Source of the DNA: a virus | Length of the DNA: 64,000 nucleotides | Strand: one strand, 5' to 3' | Virus record (IMG/VR): IMGVR_UViG_3300027704_000022 | Span: 2,791-66,790 of that record | Part shown: positions 45,938-56,500 of the stretch, in pieces | How positions within the stretch are numbered: the stretch's first letter is position 1 | Layout: each line of letters opens with the position of its first letter | The notes under the pieces: model-generated | Seen by the model: the letters and a program-made list of their open reading frames with translations, nothing else | Database searches by the model: none | Told to the model about the DNA's origin: nothing | Position numbers and translations under genes: made by a program

Positions 45938-46467
45938 ACCTTTTCAATAGGAAGGTCGTATTCTTGATAAGGCAAAAACCAATGGTTGCACTGCGATAAG
46001 ACATCTGAGAGAAGAACCATTGACATCCAGTCTTTCCTGCCATTGCGCTGATAACCCTTGTATAAGCAGTCGCTTACTTTTGTAACTCTATCTTTTAAAT
46101 CGCATTTTTCTTTAGCTAAGTTAAAAAGATCGATGTTTTTGACATGAAGGAAGAAAGCCCCGACATCAAAAGCTATCCAAACAGGAGTGCCTTTCTCGTT
46201 ACACCATCCAGTCTTACCATTTACATTGGTGAATTCTAGCAGGACTCTACCTTCCCGCATAGAATTCTTTATTCCTTTTAGATCCACGGTCTCTCCATCG
46301 ACGATAAAATCGACATGGCCAATATCTTGCATTTTACCTGTCTTCTTTATGGTAAGTCCCGCTGATAAACATGAGTGGTGATAACGCTGCGTAGATTCGC
46401 ACATAAGCTTTTTAGTATGCGCGACATGACTAGAACCTGAAAGACCTTTAGCTTTATTTGAAATCAT
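45928..46467 (-). CDS. PD-(D/E)xK nuclease-like protein
   Basis: HVDF......VDLK..LEF.NVNG..GW pattern. Confidence 0.55.
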   Translation of the reverse strand: MISNKAKGLSGSSHVAHTKKLMCESTQRYHHSCLSAGLTIKKTGKMQDIGHVDFIVDGETVDLKGIKNSMREGRVLLEFTNVNGKTGWCNEKGTPVWIAFDVGAFFLHVKNIDLFNLAKEKCDLKDRVTKVSDCLYKGYQRNGRKDWMSMVLLSDVLSQCNHWFLPYQEYDLPIEKVQG

Positions 46468-46562
46468 CTATACATATATTATAAAACTAATTAAAAATTG
46501 CAAGAAAAAAATAAAAAAACCCCCTACCCATGATAGGTAGGAGGTCTATCTAGAGAACTAGA

Positions 46563-46742
46563 CTATTTCTGCTTGGCTTTACCGATATTTAAAGCAGCCC
46601 AATCTACCAGTCGGTAGATTTTAGCTAAAGTGCCTGACTGCGGAGTCGGGGTCACGGCGGTAATGGCTGAAGCTAAAGCTATAGCAGCCGTAAGAACGCC
46701 AAACCAAGGGTTATCTTGAATAATTTGAATAATCAATTCCAT
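46563..46742 (-). CDS. Small holin-like membrane protein
   Basis: Read manually: MELIIQ..WFGVLTAAIALASAITAVTPTP..LNIGKAKQK; GTGTAA upstream, hairpin downstream. Confidence 0.6.
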   Translation of the reverse strand: MELIIQIIQDNPWFGVLTAAIALASAITAVTPTPQSGTLAKIYRLVDWAALNIGKAKQK

Positions 46743-46750
46743 ATAACTAT

Positions 46751-47005
46751 TTACACTGTTTTGTGTGATTGTGAAGCAATTTGTTTTGTTGCGTAACCTT
46801 GGTATTGATCAGCAGGATCTAATTCCCAGCCTTTAATGCCAAACTTATGCGCTCCGATCTCTCCACTTGTTAGGTCGTGAATTTCTGGAGAGTCTAACTT
46901 ATGGCAACAGGAATCAATAAGATTATCCTGCTCATTCAAGACTACTATCATCAATTCTCTGTAGCCATTATTGCCAATGATTCTGCTATTATATCTACAA
47001 TTCAT
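46751..47005 (-). CDS. Hypothetical protein
   Basis: 84 aa, coupled. Confidence 0.5.
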   Translation of the reverse strand: MNCRYNSRIIGNNGYRELMIVVLNEQDNLIDSCCHKLDSPEIHDLTSGEIGAHKFGIKGWELDPADQYQGYATKQIASQSHKTV

Positions 47006-47427
47006 TCCGCACTGATCACGATGTAATCGTGGAACTTTTTATAGCTATCTGCATACTCGACACAAGATTTAAAGTCGCCAGTGTAATCTATAGATGAAGG
47101 ATTGACCACAAAGAACCTTCCTTGGGGCGTTAAGAATGGATCAGAGTCCTTAACTAAATGGGTAGAGGAGATTCTCCATTCAACGCCGTCTCTCTTAACA
47201 AGAGTCTTGAATTTCAACATATCAGATGCATGAGCGTCCTCCTCATACTCGCTAAGCATCTTATCAAGCTGCCACTTAGTCAAAGAGACATGAGCCTCTA
47301 GCTTTTCTGGAGGAACCACCCTTACAATCTCTACTGTTTCAATAATTGGATTGCGATCATGCCATGCTGCTAGACCTAAGATTGAGGCGAATAAGACTAA
47401 GGTTGTTATTTTGAATATATTTTTCAT
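47002..47427 (-). CDS. Secreted/membrane-anchored hypothetical protein
   Basis: N-terminal hydrophobic helix. Confidence 0.6.
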   Translation of the reverse strand: MKNIFKITTLVLFASILGLAAWHDRNPIIETVEIVRVVPPEKLEAHVSLTKWQLDKMLSEYEEDAHASDMLKFKTLVKRDGVEWRISSTHLVKDSDPFLTPQGRFFVVNPSSIDYTGDFKSCVEYADSYKKFHDYIVISAE

Positions 47428-47447
47428 AACTCCTTGAAGTTAGCAGC

Positions 47448-47657
47448 TTAAAATTGTTTGACAAGCACATTATGCACTTCTTTTCTAATTATTACGATAG
47501 GGTTATTATAAAAATTAGCTTCCTTAATTTTATTTTGGTTGTAGACCCAATAATCCAAAGCTTCTTTTTCATCGTGGAACTCTGGAGTATTTGGGATAGG
47601 TCCGTATGTGAAGCCCTTATCTTCTGCGATTATATGGACCTGCCTATAATTCTTCAT
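47448..47657 (-). CDS. Hypothetical protein
   Basis: 69-aa ORF. Confidence 0.55.
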   Translation of the reverse strand: MKNYRQVHIIAEDKGFTYGPIPNTPEFHDEKEALDYWVYNQNKIKEANFYNNPIVIIRKEVHNVLVKQF

Positions 47658-47783
47658 TCTTTATCTGATTTTCCCCATCTTTACGGACTCTTTTATTCTG
47701 TCGGCGCTTCCCGAAGGGTCTCAAATGTTTCCACCATTCCACCGTTTTAACCGCACCCTTCCCCTTACTCGCGCTCGACATGA

Positions 47784-48074
47784 TTATATTTCTACGTATT
47801 CAGGAGCAATCTCAGCTATTTCAGCGCAAAGACTTTGGATTTCTTTTTGAGACATCTCTTTAGCCATCTTTTTTAATTTAGCCACCTCTGTATAGAATTT
47901 TTGATATTGCTCTCCTTGATTTAAATAATCTTGTGTTTTAAGATCAAGAATAAAAGAATCATAAACCTCGTATCTCGTAAAGTCTATGCACTTTTCTATA
48001 GGCTCGAACATAGAGTTGCCTACTACATAAACGAAAATATCGTTAGGGTCTACTTTGATTTTTACTTCAGACAT
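47784..48074 (-). CDS. Hypothetical protein
   Basis: 96-aa ORF. Confidence 0.55.
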   Translation of the reverse strand: MSEVKIKVDPNDIFVYVVGNSMFEPIEKCIDFTRYEVYDSFILDLKTQDYLNQGEQYQKFYTEVAKLKKMAKEMSQKEIQSLCAEIAEIAPEYVEI

Positions 48075-48108
48075 TAACCGATCTTACCCTTGTCCTATTT
48101 TATGTCCA

Positions 48109-48729
48109 CTAAAAAATCCTGATTCTGCTCCTTATCTTAGAAACATGCCTACTTTTCTCTAAAACAGAGCCTCCTTCTCTGCTTCCTCCCCCATTTGTGT
48201 TACCCTCTACAGTCTTGACATACCCTTTAGCGTCTACGTCTTCGACGGCCAAACCAATATGAGAGAACTCAAACACCACAATATCTCCCGCTTTTATATC
48301 CTCATTAGTTGGCTTACGAAGCTCTACACCTTTACCTGATTGCTGTTTAGCCCAGTTTTCAAAATCCCAAGCTGAAGCGGTTTTAGGGCGTTTACACTCT
48401 ACATCTTTTTGCTCAATAGCTTCTCTGACTACCCAACAAATGAAAGCAGCGCACCAAGGCCAAGCTTCTTTTGGGTCTAACCAAGTAGCAGCTTTGTATT
48501 CGTTCACTCTAGGACCGCAATTTGTTCCGTCTACTTCTGAGACCCCTATCTCTCCTCTAGCTATAGAGACCATTATAGCGGCAATCCCACCTCCCACTAC
48601 AGGCCCATGTTCTTTAGATAGCTCCGCGAGTATAGCATTCCAAGTAATTGGCCCATCTCGGCCATCATCAGAAACACCGATTAAGTTTTGGACGGCTTTA
48701 ACCACTTGTCTTTTTCCTTTAAAATCCAT
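48109..48729 (-). CDS. Endolysin: peptidoglycan-binding domain plus CHAP amidase
   Basis: VQ..IG...DG..GPITW; PWCAAF, SHIG and VEGNT motifs; start at MDFKG. Confidence 0.85.
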   Translation of the reverse strand: MDFKGKRQVVKAVQNLIGVSDDGRDGPITWNAILAELSKEHGPVVGGGIAAIMVSIARGEIGVSEVDGTNCGPRVNEYKAATWLDPKEAWPWCAAFICWVVREAIEQKDVECKRPKTASAWDFENWAKQQSGKGVELRKPTNEDIKAGDIVVFEFSHIGLAVEDVDAKGYVKTVEGNTNGGGSREGGSVLEKSRHVSKIRSRIRIF

Positions 48730-48733
48730 TTTA

Positions 48734-49051
48734 TTATTTTTTAATAAATTTATCGGGGTTTTTAGCGAATTTTTCCCCGATCCGAACAATACCAGTAATA
48801 ACTTCTGGACTAATGACCCCAATGATACCATAAGTAATAGCTTTAGTTAAAGATGAAACATCTGTTTGCTCTAGAACAAACCAAGCGATAGTAGCAGCTA
48901 TAGCAGCTGTTATTATTTTCTTGAATTGTTCCACATAAGACATGTTTTTATTAGCGTGTAGTAATCTAGCGCACATAGCAACTGCACCTATAATAGAGAC
49001 AACCCAGCCACCACTTATAAACTCTTTAAGTATAGACTTCTCTGGCTCCAT
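48734..49051 (-). CDS. Holin
   Basis: Three hydrophobic helices, adjacent to the endolysin. Confidence 0.65.
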   Translation of the reverse strand: MEPEKSILKEFISGGWVVSIIGAVAMCARLLHANKNMSYVEQFKKIITAAIAATIAWFVLEQTDVSSLTKAITYGIIGVISPEVITGIVRIGEKFAKNPDKFIKK

Positions 49052-49115
49052 GTTATACTAATTACACTTTATAAAAAAAAAGCCCACTTTGTAATAGCGT
49101 TTTTTCAAATATTAA

Positions 49116-49370
49116 TTATTTAACTAAATAGACTTCCCGTTCAAGACGGCGGAACCTTGCATCTGAATGCCAGACCTCATCAGCATTAGGTGTATAAATA
49201 CCTTCTTCAGTCAGAACCGACTTCCCTTTCTGCAGTTTCAGAGTGGAAGGTTGATAAATATTTAAATCTCGAACGTTCAGAGATGAGTCTTTCGCGCAAG
49301 AGGTCAGCCCAATCAGAGTCATTACTAGTGCCGCTTTGCCTGAGATTTTCAATTTCTTTAATAATTTCAT
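49116..49370 (-). CDS. o-spanin-like lipoprotein (Rz1-like)
   Basis: LIGLTSC lipobox; overlaps the next ORF in another frame. Confidence 0.55.
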   Translation of the reverse strand: MKLLKKLKISGKAALVMTLIGLTSCAKDSSLNVRDLNIYQPSTLKLQKGKSVLTEEGIYTPNADEVWHSDARFRRLEREVYLVK

Positions 49371-49476
49371 ATTCTTCTTTCTTATGTTCTTTTTCTAAAT
49401 CATAATAAAACCGTTTATTCTTTAGGATTAAGAATAGTTCTAAAGATTTTAAAAGAGATTTAATTAAATGTAGCAT
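49207..49476 (-). CDS. i-spanin-like protein (Rz-like)
   Basis: Hydrophobic/amphipathic N-terminus and coiled coil, overlapping the lipoprotein gene. Confidence 0.5.
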   Translation of the reverse strand: MLHLIKSLLKSLELFLILKNKRFYYDLEKEHKKEEYEIIKEIENLRQSGTSNDSDWADLLRERLISERSRFKYLSTFHSETAEREVGSD

Positions 49477-49670
49477 TAGACTTCTACCCCGTTGGTATAT
49501 ATCTTCTTCTCTGTTTTTTCTAAATCATCAGCCACTTGAGTTACATAGCCATCCACTACTCTTGCACAAGAGATGGCCCATTCGCGAGACCCTTTGAGTT
49601 TAGCACTGTAAGCGTGATGATACTCTCCTTTTCGAGTATATACTTTGTAAAAAATAGTTTTTGTTTTCAT
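49476..49670 (-). CDS. Hypothetical protein
   Basis: 64 aa, coupled. Confidence 0.55.
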   Translation of the reverse strand: MKTKTIFYKVYTRKGEYHHAYSAKLKGSREWAISCARVVDGYVTQVADDLEKTEKKIYTNGVEV

Positions 49671-50383
49671 TCGTTTGGTATAAATTCTAAAGAAATATTA
49701 CCGACATTTTTTTTATTGTCCGATAGATGCCCGTGGATAATAACAGATTTAGATAAAAAATCAATACCTTTTTCGTCTAGAAGGTAAGTATTCTCTCCGT
49801 CAGAGAACTCTCTTAGCAGCCCATGCTTGATTTTTTTTGTCCCGCGCAATAGAAGATCTTTACCCATTAAATGGGTAGTGGTCTTATTTGCCCCCACAAC
49901 TTTGAATTTAATTGTCATTATGTCTCTATTACACCAAACGACAGTATTATTTTCGTCGTTAAATATTATGACTTTTTTATCATACCTTTCAATGAATTTT
50001 TTAAAGGAGTTTTTTTTGTGTTTTCTCCTTATATTGCTTTTGATATAATTTTTACCTAATTCTTTCATGGCGTGATCAAATATACCTCGCGCAGTAGCCA
50101 TCAAATCAGGACTGCTAAAACTTTTTGTGATCATAAATATGAACGTTAAATCTAAATAATCCCTAGCATCAAAGATAAAAACAGCCACTTTGAGTTTAGA
50201 GTCTTCTTCGACAATATACACCTCAGAATTTCTACAATAACCAACAAATAAAGCCTCTATTTTCTGCCTCCTTAAATGAGGAGACCGTATATGATCTAGA
50301 TCATAAGGCTTAGAGCTTAAAAAGAAATTATAAAATTCGAGCTTTAACTCCTCGCTGTAGTTTTTTAGATGTGTAATTTTCAC
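49667..50383 (-). CDS. Hypothetical protein (N-terminal part possibly GNAT-like)
   Basis: 238-aa open frame; the fold guess is weak. Confidence 0.45.
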   Translation of the reverse strand: MKITHLKNYSEELKLEFYNFFLSSKPYDLDHIRSPHLRRQKIEALFVGYCRNSEVYIVEEDSKLKVAVFIFDARDYLDLTFIFMITKSFSSPDLMATARGIFDHAMKELGKNYIKSNIRRKHKKNSFKKFIERYDKKVIIFNDENNTVVWCNRDIMTIKFKVVGANKTTTHLMGKDLLLRGTKKIKHGLLREFSDGENTYLLDEKGIDFLSKSVIIHGHLSDNKKNVGNISLEFIPNE

Positions 50384-50424
50384 TTCTTTTTAATATTATA
50401 TACTAATAAAGTGTAAATTACATT

Positions 50425-52566
50425 ATGGCGGAAGAAGGAAAAAACAAAGTAGCACGTAGTTTATTAGACCTACAGCCGACCGCATTATTAGAACTGTTTA
50501 GAGTTTACCCAGATAGGGTTAATAATCCAACCGTATGGTTAGGGTTTCATGGAGGAGCTGTCTATTCTGAATCTATCCAGTGGCAAGGTTTTAAATATTT
50601 GCCTTTAGCTATGGAGAGCGAAGGGTTTGATATATTAGGAGATGGCAAATTAGCTAGACCCAAAATCCGTGTAGCCAATCAAAATAATATCATTACCCAA
50701 CTCCTTCAGGTACATAAAGATTTTAAAAATGCCAGCTTTGTTAGAAAAAGAGTATCCGTAAAATTTATTGATGATGAAAACTTCGAGGGGGGTAATCCTT
50801 TTGGTGAAGCTGACCCTAAAGCAGAATTGACAGATGAAACTTGGTTGATGGGCAGGAAAACCCAAGAGTCTAGATTGTTCGTAGAATTCGAACTTAATTC
50901 TCCGTTAGATCTTGAGGGGTTCAGCGTCAATTCTCGTAGCGTTGTTTCTAAATTCTGTTATTGGCAATACAGAGGAGAGGGGTGCAGGTATCAAGGTCTT
51001 CCTATAGAGAGAAGTGATGGCGAAAACTTCCAAGACCTCAGTGGAAGTGGGGTAGCGCCTAATTATACCCCAGTAGGTGGCGCAGGTTCATTTTTTAATA
51101 GCTCAGATTCTATATGGGCTGCGTCAAAGCCGTATAGTAAAGGCAATATAGTAATAACACAAAGTCCTACCATTTTCTTAGCTAACCCTGATCCCAATAT
51201 ACAGGGAGAGCCATTAAAAACAGCATACGTCTGCGTCCAAGATAATTCAGGACAATTGCCAGAAGACAACCCCAGCTTCTGGCAAAGAGATGGGTGTACT
51301 AAAAAACTTTCCGCATGTAAAAAAAGATTTAATGAGATCGATTTAGTAGGATTTGTCGAAGGACAAAATATCAATAGCGGTTTTAACGCTATCCATATTT
51401 CTGGCATGACAGCTTCAGACGAAGCCGATAAATTAGTACAACCCAATGGTCGTTCAAATTTAATACCACTTCATACAGGACTATTCCATACTAACGCCTT
51501 AGAATTAACAGGTCAGCTAACTGGACAATTCACCATCATGGGTTGGGTTAATATCAATGATATTAGCCCAGCAGGAGCAGGAATATTAAGCACTTCAGCG
51601 AGAGACGGGTTAAACTGGCCTAATAATCAATTTTTGAATGTTAATGCTGATGTTACGCCTGTTGATCGTAATTGGAATAAGACTAAAGGCACTAAGACTA
51701 ATCAGATCTCAGCTAATTATATGGGTTATCAGATAGATGATGATAGCGAAAGTCATAATACAAATGCCTATAGAACTATAAGTCTACACGAAGAACAAAA
51801 CGCTGGAGATTCTAGAGAATGGATGCAATACATAATAACAAATAGCACGGGAGATCCCGCTATTAATGGAATAGGAGAAGACGCAAACACATTGATTAAG
51901 TTTTATGTAAACGGAGTAAATCAATCAACCAGCACAGTGACTTTAGGGGGGGGTAAAATTAATGAAAATCTAGGTAATTTTGCTAGCTTAACACAAAGAA
52001 AAGCTATGACTTGGGGGCAGAACAGCGAAAAAGCCTTACCTCAAACTTTTATGTTAGGTGCTGTTGAATATTACCCAGGAAAAAAAGGATACAAGGCCCC
52101 CACTACATACCCCTCCACGACCTCAATGAATGGAGCGCTTGGGCCTTGGGCTTTATGGAATAGACCTTTGAATGATGAAGAGATAAGCTACCTTTACAAA
52201 AGGATACCAAGTCCAAATAATGTTTCTAATAATTTAGATTTCGCACCGCGAAATTATAATGAATGCACTGGACGCTTTGGGACACTAACTGGTAGTGGTA
52301 TCGGATCACTTTCTTACGGAGCGGACAGCTTAGTCGCTTGGTGGGATGCTTCAACTGGATTTATCCCTTCTACAAGTACTATCGGGATGTTAGATATCCA
52401 CACAGGAGATATTCATTTGACGGGCAGTGGAGAATTTAAAGGCATTCTCCAAGATTATAAAGAAGCCCCATTAACTCTTATTCAAAACCCAACGCCGACA
52501 TTCCCTAATTTTGGAGGTTTTCCTGGGACCGATGGATTCAGCTATGCAAGAAGTACACAAATGTAA
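50425..52566 (+). CDS. Minor tail protein, lambda gpL-like, with inserted LamG-like domain
   Basis: RPKIRVAN, C.WQYRGEGC, DGCTKKLSACKKRF and terminal FGGFPG motifs. Confidence 0.85.
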   Translation: MAEEGKNKVARSLLDLQPTALLELFRVYPDRVNNPTVWLGFHGGAVYSESIQWQGFKYLPLAMESEGFDILGDGKLARPKIRVANQNNIITQLLQVHKDFKNASFVRKRVSVKFIDDENFEGGNPFGEADPKAELTDETWLMGRKTQESRLFVEFELNSPLDLEGFSVNSRSVVSKFCYWQYRGEGCRYQGLPIERSDGENFQDLSGSGVAPNYTPVGGAGSFFNSSDSIWAASKPYSKGNIVITQSPTIFLANPDPNIQGEPLKTAYVCVQDNSGQLPEDNPSFWQRDGCTKKLSACKKRFNEIDLVGFVEGQNINSGFNAIHISGMTASDEADKLVQPNGRSNLIPLHTGLFHTNALELTGQLTGQFTIMGWVNINDISPAGAGILSTSARDGLNWPNNQFLNVNADVTPVDRNWNKTKGTKTNQISANYMGYQIDDDSESHNTNAYRTISLHEEQNAGDSREWMQYIITNSTGDPAINGIGEDANTLIKFYVNGVNQSTSTVTLGGGKINENLGNFASLTQRKAMTWGQNSEKALPQTFMLGAVEYYPGKKGYKAPTTYPSTTSMNGALGPWALWNRPLNDEEISYLYKRIPSPNNVSNNLDFAPRNYNECTGRFGTLTGSGIGSLSYGADSLVAWWDASTGFIPSTSTIGMLDIHTGDIHLTGSGEFKGILQDYKEAPLTLIQNPTPTFPNFGGFPGTDGFSYARSTQM

Positions 52567-52951
52567 AGGGGAGGTTACGGCCCTACATAAAATAAAAGAA
52601 ATGTCTCATAAACATTTTAAACAGGAAATCTGTGGATTTTTAGGTTATGATCATGAGAAAAAAGAATTTATAATTCAAAAAGAGGATAATATCGCGACAG
52701 ACCCTCGATCACATTTCTTAATAAACCCTCTAAGCTATTTACTATTTAAAGATTCTTATATTATGATAGCGGTTTTCCATAGTCATATCGTAGGGGATGA
52801 AACAGAATCTGAATTTGATGTCAAAATGTCAGACAATTGTTGCCAGCCATTTTTGATATATAGCCTTAACACAAAAAAAATAAATATTTATACGCCCGAA
52901 ACTATAGAATCAGATGTAAATATACTGGAAAGGATAAAGGCTGTAAAATGA
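52544..52951 (+). CDS. JAB/MPN protein (lambda gpK N-terminal-like)
   Basis: EICGF, FHSH and S..D motifs; no NlpC/P60 domain. Confidence 0.8.
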   Translation: MQEVHKCKGEVTALHKIKEMSHKHFKQEICGFLGYDHEKKEFIIQKEDNIATDPRSHFLINPLSYLLFKDSYIMIAVFHSHIVGDETESEFDVKMSDNCCQPFLIYSLNTKKINIYTPETIESDVNILERIKAVK

Positions 52952-53553
52952 CGATAGTAAATATACATGGAATTCTAGCAAGGGAGTTTGGAAACTCATT
53001 CTTATTAAGCCTACCTAACCCGAAAGATGTTTTAGAGGCTATAGATTGTAATAGGGGAGGTTTTTTGCAAAGATTAGTGGAACTACAAAGAGAAGGTTTT
53101 TGTTATGACCTTATAATAAATAAACGAAGAATTACTCATGGCCCAGATATGGATAACATATCGGACGCAGCCACGATAGATTTAGTTCCAGCTATAACAG
53201 GTAGTGGCGGCACTGAGATTCTAGCTATTATTAAATTTTTAGGATCAGGCAGTTTTTTTGCTAATGTAGCTAATGCCATCATTTTTGCAGCAATTACTTA
53301 TGCATTAACACCTAAACCAGAAAACGAAGCTCTAGAAATATCATCGAAAGCCTCAAAAAGCTCTTTAATTTTTAGTAATACCGCTAACTTAGCAGACCAA
53401 GGATCGCCAGTCCCCATAGGTTATGGGCGCTTAATAGTCGGCTCTCAAGTCATACAAGCCACTATAAAATCGTTCCCTCAACATCAAGCCCCCTCAAAAG
53501 CATTACAAGGTGACAGCAGTAACCCAGTCTTCATAGGAAATAGAACATCATGA
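52948..53553 (+). CDS. Tail assembly protein, lambda gpI-like
   Basis: HGILAREFG, VPAITGSG and QGSPVPIGYGRLIVGS motifs. Confidence 0.85.
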   Translation: MTIVNIHGILAREFGNSFLLSLPNPKDVLEAIDCNRGGFLQRLVELQREGFCYDLIINKRRITHGPDMDNISDAATIDLVPAITGSGGTEILAIIKFLGSGSFFANVANAIIFAAITYALTPKPENEALEISSKASKSSLIFSNTANLADQGSPVPIGYGRLIVGSQVIQATIKSFPQHQAPSKALQGDSSNPVFIGNRTS

Positions 53554-56500
53554 AACATATTCTTAAAAAGCTAAGTATTGCAGGAGCAGGAGGTAAAGGG
53601 GGTAAACCTAAGCCCCCTATTTATAAACCCCCCGTTATGGGGGAACTACAATATGGAGCCTCTCACAGTTACGCAGAGACATTAGATTTATTGAGCGATG
53701 GACCCATCGAAGGTATTGTCAACTCTCATGGAGAACTGGTTGATGGTTTAAATATATTGCAAGGCATTTATTTAGATAATACGCCCGTGGCTGTGACTAA
53801 CCAATCTGAAACAAAGTCTGATCAGCTAACGCCCCTAGAAACCGAAACTTTTAATTCTCTTAATTTAGAATTATCTAGCGGAGAAGGAGTCGCGTATTGT
53901 CGTGAATTTTTTCAAGAATTAGGAGAGGCCACCAATAGAAGTAGCGGCGGGAAAATAACATCTTTAAAATCTAGCACGGCTGGAGGATCAGATATTTTCG
54001 AGGCTGAATCATGGCCTGATGTCGGAATGATGTTTTTAAGGACGAATACGAGGAGCGTAAACAGCCTCGCTTTCCTTAATCGGGAGCAAGCCTTACCGAA
54101 AAGGATAGAAAATTATGCTCTTTTTATCAGAGGTTTTATTAAATATAGAGGACTAGATGGAGCGCAAACATTTCCTTGGTATCTCAATGGAGATCTTCAA
54201 ACGGTATATAATGATAACAATGCAGCTTACAGAAACGACGCTCAACCGAAAGGGACAGTCCAAAACGGCAGCTTAATATGGGGAGATAGTACGCTCAGCG
54301 CATCTAAATTCTTATTTGCTTTTAACCCTGTTCTATCTTTTTCCAGATTGATCATTACACCACCTAATATAACGGGACGGGGTGGATCTATACGGCACGG
54401 TAACACAGAATCTTCTAAAATATTCGCTAATAATACAGAAGTACTTAATAAGTTAATACTCCAAGATCTCAATCTTATTCTAAATTTGTATAATACAAAT
54501 AATATAGTTGGAGGTAACTCATCACAAAGAGAACTAGCGAGCAGAGCTTTGAGTAGCATAGGGTGGACAGAAGGAAGCGTAAACGACCTTTTGTTTAATC
54601 ATCTAGATACGGAGTTAGGAGGAGTAGTTATATGTAAGGTCACTTCTTCAAATTCTAATTTAGAAGACAAACAAATACTAGATGGGAACGACTTAATGCA
54701 GATGCAGACTTTACCTCATGGGTCTACCCGTGGCGCAAATCTTATAGCCTACATGCAAGCCAATGGGATGATAGTCACTGATGTCACTTGCCCTGAAGTC
54801 TCTACTGATGGAGTTTTAACTGGAGTTATGAACGGGTTCTTGATTTTTCAATTTCCTATAGAAAATAAAACTTCAGATAATTTTGCTTACGATAATAAGA
54901 GCAATGGCAACGTAGTATTTGGAAAGAATCACACATTCCAAATACCTTCGGAAATTATAACGGCATTAAAAGATTTAAATTCTTTTAAATACACAAAAAA
55001 GATCGGAAACGGACCAAACTCTACGACACTATCTTTAGATCCTACAATTAATCCTATTCACACGAATAGCTTAAAATTTAATTATAGTAACGTCTTAGCT
55101 GAAATTCGCAAAGGCGAAGAAAATCAATCTCCTTTTAATAATTTTAAAAAGATTTTTATTGATCATCCATATGGCAAGGAGTTATTCGGACCTTTTGGGA
55201 CGGCTAAATCTTTAGGAGACCCGAATACTTCAGAGGAACAAGAAAATGCACCGCAACGCATAACGCCTAATAGCTCCATGTTGTCAAGAGACAACGTAGT
55301 CGGGCAATTAGCAAATAACTTTAATACTTTATTGGATAATGGTTTACCTCCTTTTGAAGGGAGCGATGATGAAAGACTAGATGCTAGTAATAAGTCTAGA
55401 AATTATTCTTCTTGGGCAGAAAGTTCCCTAGCTAATTTCGATGAAGAAGCTATCTCAGTCATACATACGGTCTATAACCCTAATGTAGAAGAAGCTTTTA
55501 TAACTTTAGACGTTTCTTCTCTAAAAGATACTCTTATTAAAGAGGTCAAAAACGTAAGAGACGGTAGGTCAATCGATGATAAAGATTTGAGTATAGGCAC
55601 TAGTTTCCCTACCGTATTAAACATAAGGGTAGAAACTGGTAGGGATGGCTCTGAAGGGGAAATACCACATAAACAATATAACTTTAGAATAGTAGCTTTA
55701 ATAGAAGGAGGTACTTTAATCGACATTGGCAACCCCGATTATAAAGGGGCTAGCGGTAGAGAGTTTGTCGTCGAGTTAAATGGAGCAGATGATAATTTAA
55801 ATTATCTTTCTCGACCTTTCGAGTTGCCTCCTAATGAGACTCAAAAAAATGACTCTCTTACAGAAAGTGGAGAACAAGCTATACAAGCTGGCGTTATCAA
55901 CAAAACGCAGACACAAAACAGGTATATAAAAATAACAAAACTCTCTTATGAAAGTAATTCTGTTATGTTGGATAAAATCGTCTCGGTTAATAAAGTCACA
56001 GAAATTATAAATGTTAATTTACCCTACCCATTCTCTGCTATAGTAGGAACTAAATTAGATTCTAGATCTTTTGGAAGCATCCCCAAAAGAACTTATGATT
56101 GCAAACTTAAAAAAGTAAAAATCCCCAGTAATTATTTCCCCACTGATAAAGGTATAGATAAAAGATATTATGATACCGAAGCGGAATTCGATAATGCTAG
56201 CCAAAAAAATAAATTAATTTATAAAGGAGATTGGGATGGCTCATTCCATACCAGCCTACAATGGACAGATAATCCTGCATGGATATTGTATGATCTATTG
56301 ACTAATGTCAGATATGGTATGGGTTCGCATATTAATATTAATCAAATTAATAAATGGCAACTATATAAAATAGGTAGATTTTGTGACAATGTAGATAACG
56401 AAGGTTATTTCTTAGGAGTCACAGACGGTAGAGGAGGAAAAGAACCCCGTTTTTCTTGTAATATAATCTTTGATCAAGGACAGAAAATATTTGACGCTAT

